From assembly GCF_964204645.1 (NCBI RefSeq), contig NC_134032.1, forward strand, positions 10,900,275 to 10,964,274: 64,000 bases of DNA, read 5' to 3'. The notes under the pieces were generated by a model. That model had not been told where the DNA came from. It did no database searches and saw only the letters and a program-made list of their open reading frames with translations. A program made the translations under genes and the position numbers. Each line of letters begins with the position of its first letter. Positions within the stretch are counted from its first letter, which is position 1. The stretch comes from Tubulanus polymorphus. Lineage: Eukaryota; Animalia; Nemertea. Below, one piece after another: positions 1-12,293 of the stretch.

Positions 1-329
1 AAAAATGAATAAATTTCGTGCTTAATCACTTGAATTTCTATATAGTGGGTTCCAATATCATTCTTATAATCTATTACCCCCGTATGAGGCTATGGGAGCT
101 GCTCATTCTTCTGGAAAAATGACGTTACAGCTTTGAGACGAATGAGGGGGTGACTCCATTGTTTTTATAGATATGTGGTACGCGGTCTATGAAACCATCA
201 CAAACAGAACAACCGTAGCCTGCCCAAACCGGCCGGCTCAATAAAACAATATTCATTTGGCTTAAAACTTCAAAATAGATCTAGGGATGATAAAGCAGAT
301 TTCTGAATAAAATGCAGCATGTCGATCTC

Positions 330-3300
330 CCTGCAGGTAGATGGCTGGTCTCTATCAGATGGCCTATTGGTACTTACTTCGTCCTGGAATAGAGAGAAAA
401 TTGCATCAAGTGGAAATTGTTTTATGAAATATCATAAGTATAGTAGTGATGACATGACAACACAGCAACACACATAGCATTGAGGTAATGACCCGGAAGT
501 TAGTCAGAAAGGAATTACCAGGCATCTTTTGAATGGGGTATATCTGATAAATAATAAGTTCAAGCTCAAGATGATGAGGGTTTAGTTTGAATTCAGCTAC
601 AGGAAAATAAAAATTTTAGAATAGAAGTAAGATACGTCCTCTAGATGGTCTACATATTGGGCAGCTAGCTGAGTCCCCTGAAAATAATTAACACCTTCAT
701 AGTTCTAACATGGACTCTGCAGGATAGAAGCGATTGAAAATTCACCTTCACTGATTGATGTAGTTCTATGGTGTTTAATTCTGGTGGAATGAATTAAAAT
801 TCTCCACTGTTTCTAGCGCAGAAGTAATTCATTCTATGTGTTGAGCTGGATGATCAAAAAAAAAGGCTTTTTTTCAGGAAATGACTTTATACATTTACAG
901 TCTAACAGCTGCTATAGTAAAGAGACTGGAATCTGTAGACATATTTACCTGTACTTGTTCTGAAGTGTGACTTTCTAAAAGCGATATCCATCATTTACAA
1001 ATGTTCGGGGAATTCACAATGATTACTGTTCACAGATTTGTCAAAGGTTCCAATTATTTTTCCTCTTTCAGCTTTATTCTGTAAATAGAGAATTGATTTT
1101 TGCGGAATAAAGAAACATGTCGTGTGAGTCTGCTATTCAGAAAATTACCATCTTTCATACTTGTTTTGATTACTGTAGTGTATCGTCCACAGTATTTTCC
1201 AGTAAAAAATGATTGCGGATTCAGCAGCAGCCGCATTTCCTACAAAGCTTTCGAGAGAATCACACATGAAAATAATGTACGGAATAACTAATTGTAAGGT
1301 TATTATAAAATTAGAAGAAAACTCACCATTTCAAAACTATCGGATGAATTAAGTTACCATTTTGACTATGCAGACAATTTTCGGCAGGATTTCACCTCTA
1401 AGAGCCATATTGCCATGCAGTTAAGAGCACTGATGATTTTATGAAAAAAAATGAACGTATAATTGTTGAACCGTACAGTATAACAAGTGAGCACTAGGTT
1501 GAATTGTTTAGAGAATATTACTTAGTTTCGTTTTTTAAAAGAATTATAGCTGTTTCAGCAACTTCTTCACTCATTGACGGTGAATATTCTTTTGATCTTT
1601 ACACCTGCAATTCGTGTTGGGTGCATCGCATTCTGGAAGGAGAAAATTATGCCAAAACATGATTATTAGTGTGATGAATAGAATATGCAGATTGTTTGTG
1701 TTCGATTGCAAGAAAACCCACCAGATGTTTGAGTATAGTTTTTCACAATGTGTTGAGTGTATACAGATTTCTGAGGGGGTCTGATGGTGGCTATCGACTG
1801 TCCTCTAGGAAAGCATTGATACCTGCTGACATTGACCGATCAAAAATCAACCATTTTCCTGACTTGATTCGAAAGTACATCTATTGAAAAACAGACAAAT
1901 GATAAATATAGTTAATAACTGATAAATCACCACAAATTACTGCGATAAATCAATAGAAAACCCACCGCTTCTGACTTGTATCTGATTCTAGAGCGCAAGG
2001 TTTCCTGTTTGAACATTGCTAAGGTTCAACTTCATTTTGGCCCCTAAAATACAAATGCTGTATAGACGTATCTCACCCCTGAAAATGTATATATGCATGA
2101 GGAACATGAACACCTTGATGATGTTATCTTTGACCAGGATATTGAAAATTCACCTTCACTGATTAATGTAGTTCCATTGTGTTTAATTCTGGTAAAACGA
2201 TTTCAAGTTCTCAACTGTTTCTATAGCTCAGAAGTAATTCATTCTATTGAACTGGACGGCCATAAAAGAAAAGATTTGTTTAGGAAATGGCGTCATACAT
2301 TTACAGTCAAAACAAACTAGTATAGAGACTGAAATGCGCAGAGATAATTACTGGTACTTGTTCTGGGGTGTGACTATCTAAAAGCGATGTCCATGAAAAT
2401 GTTCGGTGAATTCGAAATGTTTACTGTTTGCAGATTTGTCAAGGGTTCCGTTGATTTCTGGTCCTAAATGTAGGAATGTTAAAAATTGTCAGTTAAATTG
2501 CTACGAAGTAAGCCTAGCAGCTGCAAATTGAGACTCACATCTTGCATCCTGCAGAAATCTTAGGCTGTGTGTGAGGAGGATCTTCATCAAGTTGATCTTA
2601 AGCGTAAATTCTGGTGCTGTGTAGATTTCATTCTGTAAAGAGAAAATTGATTTGTGAAATAAAGAGATATCACGTGTGAGTCTGCTATTCAGAAAATTAC
2701 TATTGATCTTACTTGTTTCGATTATTGTAGCATCTTTGTCCACATTCTTTTCCACATTACTTCCTGAGTAGAATTGATTGGGTATTCAGCAGCCGCATTT
2801 CTTAAAGCATTCGAGAGAATCACACATAAAATTACTTTATTGAATGATTAATTGTTAGGTCATTTTCAAATTAGAAAACTCACCAATTCCAATATTTCGG
2901 ATGAGCTAAGTGCCGTTTTGACCCTGCAGACAATTTTCAGCAGTATTTCACTTCCTTTAGCCATAATGTCATAATGTTAGGAGCATTGATGATTTCCTGA
3001 AGAAAATGAACATATAGAAAATTTAACCCTTCAGTTAAAACAAGGGAGTACATGGTAGAATTGTGTTTAGAAAATTACTTAGTTTCTTTAAGAAAATAAG
3101 AGCAGTTTCAGCAACGAGCTTCTTCATTATTTGATAGGCTGAACATTCTTGATTTTTACAGCTGCAATTTGTGTTTGGTGCATCGCATTCTGGAAAGAGG
3201 AAATTATGCCAGGAAATGATTAGTAAAATAGATAGAATTTGCAGCTTGTTTGTGTTCGATTGACAGAAAACCCACTAGGTTTTTGAGTAGTTTATGACAA

Positions 3301-3950
3301 TGTGTTGAGTGTATGCAGATTTCTGAGGGGTCTGATCGCAGCTTTAGACAGTCCTGTATAAGGAAAGCATTGATAACTGCTGACATCGACCGATCAAACC
3401 ATTTTCCTGACTCCTGTCTCCTGACTTGATTTGAAGATGAATCTACTGAAACCGGACAAAAAGAAATAGTTTTTAGTTGATAAATCATCAAAAATTACTG
3501 GAATAAATGAATAGAAAACTCACCAAATCTGACTTGTATTTGATTCGTAGAGCGCGATATTTATTGTTTGGGATTTGTTGAGGTTCAGCATCAATTTAGT
3601 CCCTAAAATAGAATTGTTGAATAGAAGCATACATAGGTTGTTCTAGAATAAGAGCAGTTTCAAATTAAATCAATAACTCACGATTTTTCTCAGTTTTGTA
3701 GGGTATATTTCATGTTGAGAAGCAGAATTCGTAGATATTCCAAAATTCCCATTGCCCTGTCCACTACAAACGTGGATGAAAAACATAAGGCCCTCTACAA
3801 TCTCAATTTTGATCTGGACATGATTGAAAACTCACCACGAATTGATAGAATAATTTATCTCTTGATGAATATTCGTGCAGTTGCTGCTGCTGTCGAAATT
3901 TATAACTAACCTTCAAATAGAAAATTCTATTGCGTGTATTTCATTCTGAA
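330..3950 (-). pseudogene. Decayed multi-exon gene with leucine-rich-repeat-like motifs (F-box/LRR-like character), containing an older ~1.4 kb internal duplication (~730-2060 vs ~2140-3610)
   Basis: Regularly spaced minus-strand donors (GTGAGTTTT, seen as AAAACTCAC at ~1318, 2875, 3515, 3827) and pyrimidine-rich AG acceptors with short introns. Exon translations include LTNLQTVNISNSPNI (2398-2442), EIINAPNIMTLWLKEV, ILEYLRILLLN and ELEIVLPELNTMEL, interrupted by many stops and frameshifts. Confidence 0.5.
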
Positions 3951-4195
3951 AAGAAAAAGAAACCATCATCAGTGACAATAGAGCAACCAGTAACATCTCA
4001 AAGTTAGCAATCAATCAGAAAGTATAGCATTTCGCTAGAGTTAACTGCTGTAGATATCAGACTGATTGAACAGTTACAGATGTAACATCGAGTGCAGATA
4101 CGGAGTACAGGTCACTGCACGAACTTCAGTGATTTGTTCTCATATCTTCCGCCGTCCGTCCGACTAAAACATCGTAACAGTTCAACTCACCTAAC

Positions 4196-4545
4196 CTCCC
4201 TACCCGACCCTCCCTCACCCCATCCCTCCCGCCCTCCCTCGCCCCATCCCTCCCGCCCTCCCTCACCCCATCCCTCCCACCCTCCTTCAGCCCTTCCCTC
4301 CCACCCTCCCAGACCCCTTCCCTCCCGCCCTCCCTCACCCCATCCCTCCCACCCTCCCTCGCCCCTTACCTCCCACCCTCCCAGACCCCTTCCCTACCGC
4401 CCTCCCTCCCGCCCTCCCTCCGACCCTTGCTCACCCCACCTCTCCCACCCTCCTTCACCCCACCCCTCCCACCCTCCACCCTCCATCCCCTTCCCTACTG
4501 CCCTCCCGCCTAGCCCTCCCTCAATGCCTTCCCTCCTAGCCCTCC
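4196..4545 (+). repeat. C-rich 24-bp minisatellite (CCCTCCCTCACCCCATCCCTCCCR)n
   Basis: Directly visible tandem units. A related C-rich tract lies at ~6940-7140; copy-2 tracts at ~36505-36755 and ~39165-39435 differ in length. Confidence 0.9.
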
Positions 4546-5822
4546 TATCTGGCCTCATGTCCCCACAAAAGCCTCATCAACTCTTTCTCCTCTGACATCA
4601 CTAAACTCTACAATAACTTCAAAACGATTTGCCATTTTTCACAATCATAGGAAATTCATTAACAATTCGATATCCGCATCATTTACGAGACTCGGAGAAA
4701 GAAACGTTCAAAGGATCTCTTTATCGAGGAATTCATTGAAATTATTCCTTTCCATTATTTCTTCGTACAACTTCGTACAACTCCAATCAGTTTCTTTAAT
4801 CATTGAATCAATTTCAAGTTTCTGTTTACTGATAAGATTTTCACGGGACGAGTTTGAGTTGTAGAGGCGTTTATCTGCGGATTATCAAACCAAACCTAAG
4901 AAACTCAACAATGTTGTAAGGGATGTAGGTGTAATGGGTTCACCTGAACCATCGACCAACCTACAATGCTTTGAGGAGGGCTAACACAAACCAACGACCA
5001 GAATGACGGCTGATTCAGATAGATCCAAACAAATAAGGCTATTTATATTGCTTCACGAATTCAACATATCATCACTCACATTATGAAACCATTAGGGACA
5101 GTGGATAGTCAGATTAAACATCTCCAGAACTTCTACTAGAGGCTTTACAACAGCAAGTTTTTTTTCATGGAATCCTATTCATGATCTTTACTAATTAATG
5201 CAAAATGTTTGATTGTTACACTTAAACCCAGCGGAACAAATTAAAATCCAGCCATATTTCATTACCTGCCATTTTACTTTTTTTACTCTTTTTTGCGAAC
5301 ATTTTAAAACACAGAGAAGTTTTCTCTGATATTAAGTGCTTTCTGTTTTTGAGTCGAGGTAGGAATAGACCCCTGCCCGCTCGCTAAGCCAGCAGGACAC
5401 TAAACCTTCGAATTGCTCTCAGACCCCACTCTTTATATCAGCATTTTATGCCGTTCTATTCTATGACAGAAGCTTACACGTTCGCTTTATTTCTTTTTCT
5501 TTTCATATGGCTTTCGTTTTTTTTTAAATGGCTTTTCTTATTTATCGGCTCACTGGCACTCGTCAGTTCCGACTGGGATCAAGTATAATCTCAAGTGTAA
5601 ATCAAGACAAATAATAGTCAGTGACACTAACATAAATATGTTAGTTGATTTAGAGAATGCCACCAAGTTGCTAATAAAACCACTAGTAGAAGCACTGATA
5701 TACAAAACATATGATTCTTTCCTTTACGACGTCACTTATAGTTCCACGCAAATCATTTCATTCTCAAACTTAGATATATAAATTATGTTTCTATTGAATC
5801 CTATGGCTTTTTAGACCTTTCA

Positions 5823-6150
5823 TTCATAGCCGTGGTTTGGTGATCATGGACTCAAAGTTTGGTTGATGACCCTGGTTCGGTGATCATAGAGTCAAAATTT
5901 AGTTCATGGCCCTGGTTTTGGGACCATAGACTTTGAGCTGGAGACCTAGAGGCAGAGTTTGCTTCATGGCCACGATTTGGGGAATGTTGAGTTGTTTGGT
6001 CACCACGGAGGCTACTGAAAATTTGGTTTTGAGTTTTGGACCATATAGGTTAAATTTCGTTCGTGGCTTTGGTTTGATAATCCGAGAATAAGGTTGGCTC
6101 ATAGCCCTCATAAAAGATAAATTAGTTTCATGGCCCTGGTTTGGTAACTA
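5823..6150 (+). repeat. Degenerate ~40-bp tandem repeat (TTCATGGCCCTGGTTTGGTGATCATAGACTCAAAGTTTGG-like)
   Basis: Unit starts at 5823, 5863 and 5903, then more degenerate copies. Duplicate at ~38036-38360. Confidence 0.75.
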
Positions 6151-7377
6151 TACAAAGGTATAGATAGGAGGAATTTTCAAAATATACATAGATTAATATC
6201 CGTATCTACAGTATATAATCATCTTGAAGTAAAAAATGAGGTAATCAAAAACTGACGGTTCAGTCGGCAGTGGCGAGCACCAAAGGTTTTGGGTCCTCTC
6301 CAAGAATAATTCAGAATTTCCATACATTACACGGGGAGCAGTTGACAATAAAATGATCACTGCTGAGCAAAACATAATATTGAGTGTCGCATGTTTTGAA
6401 AAGGAGCATTGGACTATGGAGACACGGCCATCCGCACGTGATCACATGAATGAAGTGAAATAAATATATACACTGAAAAGGTTCAAAATCTGTGTAATAA
6501 TCAATTAATGATATCTCAGATATAAGTCACTAATAAAGTAATGACATAATGCACTAATTAGAGTCTACAATGATGCATCGAACAAAGTCTAAGCTACGTG
6601 ATCTGACTAACTGATCACTGATCAAATCTACAGTAGAATATTAACTGCGGAGTATGAAGTAACCTTCATAAACTGATATGATTATGAAATATGAGTACTG
6701 TAACTGTCAATAATCATAAGTATTGTAAGTAAACATACGTGAAAATATACACAATTCCCTTATTATTAAAGTGGAGTTTATGAAAAAAAAAATGAACGCG
6801 TTTCCTACAATTCCTATACAAGTAAATCGTAAAGAATTTAATCAATCGAGGATTCTCAAAAACCTTATACGGAAATAATCCTATACTCTGTAACTACGAT
6901 ATATGGGTTTTGTCAAAATGGCAACGAAAAATAACTATCACCACCCAACCTACCACCCACCGAGATCCAACACCACTACCCCACCACCCAGCCCCTACAC
7001 TCCCACCCACCTAGACCTCCCCCAGCCCTACCACAGCCCCACCCTCCCTCAAACGAATTCCTCCCACCCTCCCTCACCCCTTCCCTCCCACCCTCCCTCT
7101 ATCCCTGCCTCCCTCCGACCCTACCCACCCTCCCCAAACCCTGCGGTTAGGCGAGTTGAAATGTAACGATGTTTTAGTCACATGGACGTAAGATAAGAGA
7201 ACAAATCACTGAAGTAATGCAGTAATCTGTACTCTGTATCCGCACACGATGTTACATGTACCTATAACTGTTCAATCAGTCTGATATCTACAGCAGTGAA
7301 ATGTACGGAAATCCTAACTTAAAAGAAGATACACATCTGATTGTCAGAAAGGACCACAGTGTTGTGTCATTGATATC

Positions 7378-7611
7378 AGGGACCAGTTTCATATCGATAA
7401 TGAATAAAATTTGAAACCTGTACATCCGCTTTACAAACCTTATAGAGAGACAAACTAACCCGACATGAACTATGCCTTAATAAATAAACACAGATATCGG
7501 TAGGGGAAGTTTGAATTTTGGAATTTTGAGGGGATTGAATGGATATATAAATGCAACAGCTCACTGTAATTTCATTTCAAAACATGGTTAATCACTATGA
7601 AACTGGTCCCT
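7378..7611. mobile_element. MITE (PIF/Harbinger-like termini)
   Basis: 16-bp perfect TIR AGGGACCAGTTTCATA / TATGAAACTGGTCCCT. Copy 2 at 39673-39918. Confidence 0.75.
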
Positions 7612-7675
7612 TTAATCAAATCAACAACTGGTAAACAATCATAATTGAATGGTACTTATCTTGAATTTCGAGTTA

Positions 7676-8003
7676 GTGATTCCTGATTTCCTGTGCTGAA
7701 TTCAAGAAAGTCTCATTGTAAAACAGTGATTCCTGGTGTCCTGTGCTGAATCCAAGTAAGTCTCATTGTAAAACTGTGATTCCTGATGTCCTGTGCTGAA
7801 TCCAAGAAAGTCTCATTGTAAAACTGTGATTCCTGATGTCCTGTGCTGAATCCAAGAAAGTCTTATTGTAAAACAGTGATTCCTGATGTCCTGTGCTGAA
7901 TCCAAGAAAGTCTTATTGTGAAACAGTGATTTCTGATGTCCTATGCTGCATTCAAGAAAGTCTTACAAAACAGTGATTCCTTGTTGTCCAGTGCTAATTC
8001 CAA
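7676..8003 (+). repeat. 50-bp minisatellite, ~6.5 copies (GTGATTCCTGATGTCCTGTGCTGAATCCAAGAAAGTCTCATTGTAAAACA)
   Basis: Unit starts at 7676, 7726, 7776, 7826, 7876 and 7926. Confidence 0.95.
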
Positions 8004-8944
8004 GCCTCCAAAGGACCTATAATAGACAAATATAAGGTTGTTTCTCTCCCTAGAAATAACTGCAGAATCATCAAATCAAATATTCAAACTTACATATTCA
8101 GTGTTCACCCAAATCTTAGTTCATTCATTCAGGAGGCTTCTCTATCTGCGGTCTAGGTTTTACATTCACAGTTGAACTTGAAATATACATAAAGGAATGT
8201 TCAAGGAATAAAAACAAAATGAATAAATTCACAGGGAAGCACAGGAACACAACTTCAAATTTTAAAGAATCATTTTCGGAATTAGATTACAACGCGGCGA
8301 GGCGACGCCCATGATATCTGAGGTGAATTATATTTGCACCATTTTAACCCATGTTATAAACACTTACCGAATATTGATATACTGAATTCTGGGGTGCGAA
8401 GGGAGGCTGGTTATGTTTGGAATAAGGTGGGATTTTTGCATGTTCATGTTTTATGTTGGAGACCGCCATTTTCTTGTGCGCTGAATTAAGGTCAAACCAG
8501 TGGACACAATGACCACATACGTCATAATATCCCGGATTCGCGCGTCGCGCATGTCAGAAGTTTACAACGTCGATATTGAGGCTAGGTTTTTGTTCTTTTG
8601 CTATTTCTTAAGTTAGAATTCCACATAATATTCAAAGGATTTATTCTCAGCTGTTTTAACCTATAAATCATCAGTTTTTTGCATAAAATGACTCTAAGTC
8701 CATGATTTCAGTTTCTATCGCTAGACTGTCGTGGCAGTCCCGATGCCATTTAGGTTCGAATCCCTGCAGGGTAAGATGGCACAGGACTTTTTGAATGACT
8801 GACTGTCAAATGACTTCAGCGTTGATTAACTTGTCCTTGATTTTTTATCCTGAAATACAGAATTGTCCCTTTTATTCATTAGATAGATTTCACGCGACTT
8901 GGTTTGGTGTCCCTTACAAACCCATCGCACTTGCCGAAAATGAA

Positions 8945-9520
8945 ACTGTATCTGCCTTTTGATGCTCATGCGGAATACAGAAATTCTTCCTTCGGATTTC
9001 TAGGCCGAGTCAAGATTCATTTTTCAATCACTTTAAAAATCTATGTATGAAATCTCAGTCAAAAGCCATTTCAAAGTATAACCGTATTTCAAGTTCAGCC
9101 CAGTCAATGTACATAGAAAAATACCAACAAAGAAAAACCAAAAACAAACCGCAAATATTCAATATTTCGATGTTAAACTCACTCAGATAAAAATCTTAAG
9201 TCTCTCGACAGATTCCTTATTCCCATAGAATTTCCATTATCAATTTCATGAATAAGTAATTTAGATAAGCTCTGAAAAGATCACGTATAAACATTGCTGC
9301 AGTGGGTATTAACTACTCGATATTAAAAGGCACAAAGAATCCATACATATTCTAGAAAAATCTATACCTAAGAGGTTGAGTTTAAGATAAAGAAAGGTAT
9401 CAGATATACATCAAATGGTTAACCATTTTCGAGATAAGTATCTGATGACGATGATACACCGATCTTTTGTGAGGAGTATCTCTAGAACCTAGATCAAATA
9501 ACCTTTTCCGAGCAGCCTTA
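8945..9520 (+). repeat. Direct near-identical copy of ~17278-17861
   Basis: Runs from ...GATGCTCATGCGGAATACAGAAATTCTTCC... to ...ACCTTTTCCGAGCAGCCTTAC, shared with 17278-17861 and ~46420-47003. Confidence 0.9.
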
Positions 9521-10003
9521 CTCTCTAAACCTCAGTAAGACGGTTCACACGGAACATAAAACAGAAGGCTTTTTTGGGTAGTTTCGACTTTTCTTGTTTC
9601 GGAGCATCACACACGAAATCCTTTCTGTTTCTTTTTTCCGGGTTGTGTCTCCCTGTGTATGGCCTGGGCATAAAACACGAACTATATATACAACCATTTT
9701 CTTTTATGAATGGACAAATCACTTACAAAAATGATGACTGAAATTGAATTTGATCGCTGAAAGATTTCCCTTCTTCTGGGATAAGTGATTTTCTTTGGTT
9801 TGGAGGGCTAGGGTTGGTGACGGTTTCAGTTTGAAATATACGCCGGTAGTTGCGTCCTGCGCATGCTCACTGGACGGTAACGATCTTGGTTCCTCTTATC
9901 ATGCGGATGTTGAATTTCAATTTTCGATCCGTGAAACACCTCTACGTACGTTCATCGAAGCACGAGTTGATATGTGCTACTGCGGCAATCGAAGATTCCA
10001 AAA
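9521..10003 (-). repeat. Inverted copy of the sequence upstream of the VWA genes (closest to ~22217-22705; more diverged from 11861-12290)
   Basis: ORF-track peptides match in opposite orientation (YSSCFMPRPYTGRHNPEKRNRK in 9525-9722 minus vs 22522-22731 plus; LRTxIEARVDxCYCGNR). Confidence 0.9.
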
Positions 10004-12293
10004 AATATCGTTGAATCTCGTTACTACACATTTAAGGCCACCGCACACGGCACCGAAAAAAACGTTTTTTTTTTCATGTTTTTTTGCTATGCCGTGTGCG
10101 GGGGAGTCAAAACACAAAACGCCGAACATTATTCCCTGGCCTTGACTGACCTTGCTGGTTATCGAAATATATTGAAATATACAATAATCTTGACCCGCAA
10201 GTTTCATTTAGCCGAAATATTGGGTTTTATCTTCTCTGATTTAATGCTTATAATATGCAGTAACTGGATAATATATTATAGGAACTGAATAAATCTCTAC
10301 CCGCACTACGAGCTTCCTGCTGCACATACGTCGTTCGTACATTTGATTTTTTTCTAACACTGGAAGAAAGGTCGAAAAGATACACAATTTCCGTCTAAGT
10401 CGAACGAGATAAATCCTACAATAATTCGAGCGAAGATGTGAAAACAGTCTGGTTTAAAAGTAACACCGCAGTCCGATCGTTAGCCGAATCATTAAGATAG
10501 AACAAGTTCTATTTCCTACGGTCGGATCGTCGTAGCCAATCAGCGACGAGTTTTGCATCACATGACTTTAAGACTCGGAGACGATTGAGTCGTAGTCGAC
10601 CTGAAAGATCGTGAGACAAACGAATCAGCAATCAGTGGTCACGTGTTTACTACCGCTGTTCATACGACCATTTAGTCGCGGGTCGTAAGTCAACCTGAGC
10701 TTAGCTTTTAATTGACTATATATATATTTTCTTCACTGCCTTCCTCGGCAAGTTTTCCGAAAATGGATTTCTTAATTGTTACTTGATAATTATTATCACC
10801 AGCCCGATCCAGACCGGAACAAGGTAAATTCAGATAATTTCATCATTCTTCTTAAAAATGATAAATTCAATCATAATTATTTGTACATATCCCCCTTAAA
10901 AGCCTTTTAAGGATATGTGAAAAAGATTGTGATTATTATTTTAATATCTACAAATTGTCAACACTAAACATGGTCCAAGTTACTTCTAAAGACCTTGTAA
11001 TTGTTATTTTGCCGGCTGTACTCTCACTGGTGTCGCTTGTACCTGGCAAATAGCCGACCTTGGAGGGATAACTGAAGGTCAACCCACTTGAGCGGCGATC
11101 CTTTGTCGTCTGGATGGAATTTTAAATAAGCTAACATTGTAGAACCCGTCAATCAAAATTACCAGCAGGCACTTCTATCATCTGCTGAGTGCTCTACTGT
11201 TCAAATTGTCGTTCTACAGTCATTTTACAGCCGATTTGATTTCATTAACTCTTCATTTTCAATAGCATGGCGCAGCTGTGTCGTGGTCAACACAGTATCC
11301 AAACAAGAATAAGAACAAGGCTGTGTAGAGAACCCGTTATCGCTGCTTTGCAGCTATATTTAGGAATTGAAATTTGGCCGAACTAATTACATTAACCCTA
11401 GCGTCCATCCTATCTAACCAGAATGGTAGACATTGGCTTTGTGTTACAATAAAGGGGAACCACTGAAACTGTTACTCCAGCATCGTCCAAATCAATGCAT
11501 TTCAAATTAACTTTCAAACTAGATTCTTTGGCTTCCGATTTCAAAGGTTGTCGGTTTGGATGCGGAAGGTTGATCCAAAGGTAGATTGATTCGCTTTTAA
11601 AAGAAATATGCAGGAGAAGTATGAATATGCATATATAAAGGGTGAATTCAGGGAATTATTTCTAAGAACTTGTCACATCCCAAAAGGGAACATTGATGTC
11701 CAGTATTAGGCAATATAAAAATGCACCCAATTTCGTTGTTGACAAAATGAAAAAGGGCACTCAAAAATTGATGCAAGTCTCTCGAGTTCCCATGGAGCCG
11801 CCCTTAGCGGAACTGGACATAGAAGACCGAACATCTAAGAAAGAATCATGTCGATCCAAGTGGAATCCTCGATTGCCGCAGTAGCACACATCAACTCGCG
11901 CTTCGATGCACGTACGAAGGTGTTTCACGGATCGAAAATTGAAATTCACCAAACGCATATTACATGTACACTAGAATAAGCAAAAAGAGCCAATATCGTT
12001 ACCGTCCAGTGGGCACGCAACTACCGGTTTTTAATTTCAAATTGAAACCGCCATCAACCCAAGCCCTCCGAACCAAAGAAAATCACCCATCCTAAAAGAA
12101 ATGAATACTTTCAGCGAGCAGAAACAAATTCGCAAAAGAATGGTTTATATATGAATTATGTATAGTTCGTATTTAATGCCTAGGCCATACACAGGTGGGA
12201 CACAACCCGGAAACAAGAAACAGAAACGATTTTCTGGCTTTCTGTGTGCGATGCTCCGAAACACGTAAAGTCGAAACAATCCAAATACGCGTT

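Larger units (their letters stand above)
4044..7298. mobile_element. Putative non-autonomous TIR DNA element (~3.25 kb) with ~155-bp imperfect terminal inverted repeats
   Basis: ACTGCTGTAGATATCAGACTGATTGAACAGTTA...CTAACC (4044-4196) is the reverse complement of GGTTAG...TAACTGTTCAATCAGTCTGATATCTACAGCAGTG (7145-7298). No transposase ORF and no clear TSD. Confidence 0.6.

Noticed and set aside
2093-2320. 75-aa plus-strand ORF conserved in all three copies
   Set aside because: Conservation reflects recent duplication. It lies antisense to the decayed LRR-like exon and is interrupted in the older paralogue (~730-900).
4092-4595. Proline-rich extensin-like ORF (also 6903-7166, 36404-36862, 39126-39491)
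   Set aside because: Translation of C-rich minisatellites inside a TIR element. The 4092 ORF starts at GTG and its frame is not conserved between copies.
9442-9500. CTGATGA as a hammerhead core (also ~17782, ~3966, ~26686)
   Set aside because: No stem II followed by GAAA in the right geometry.
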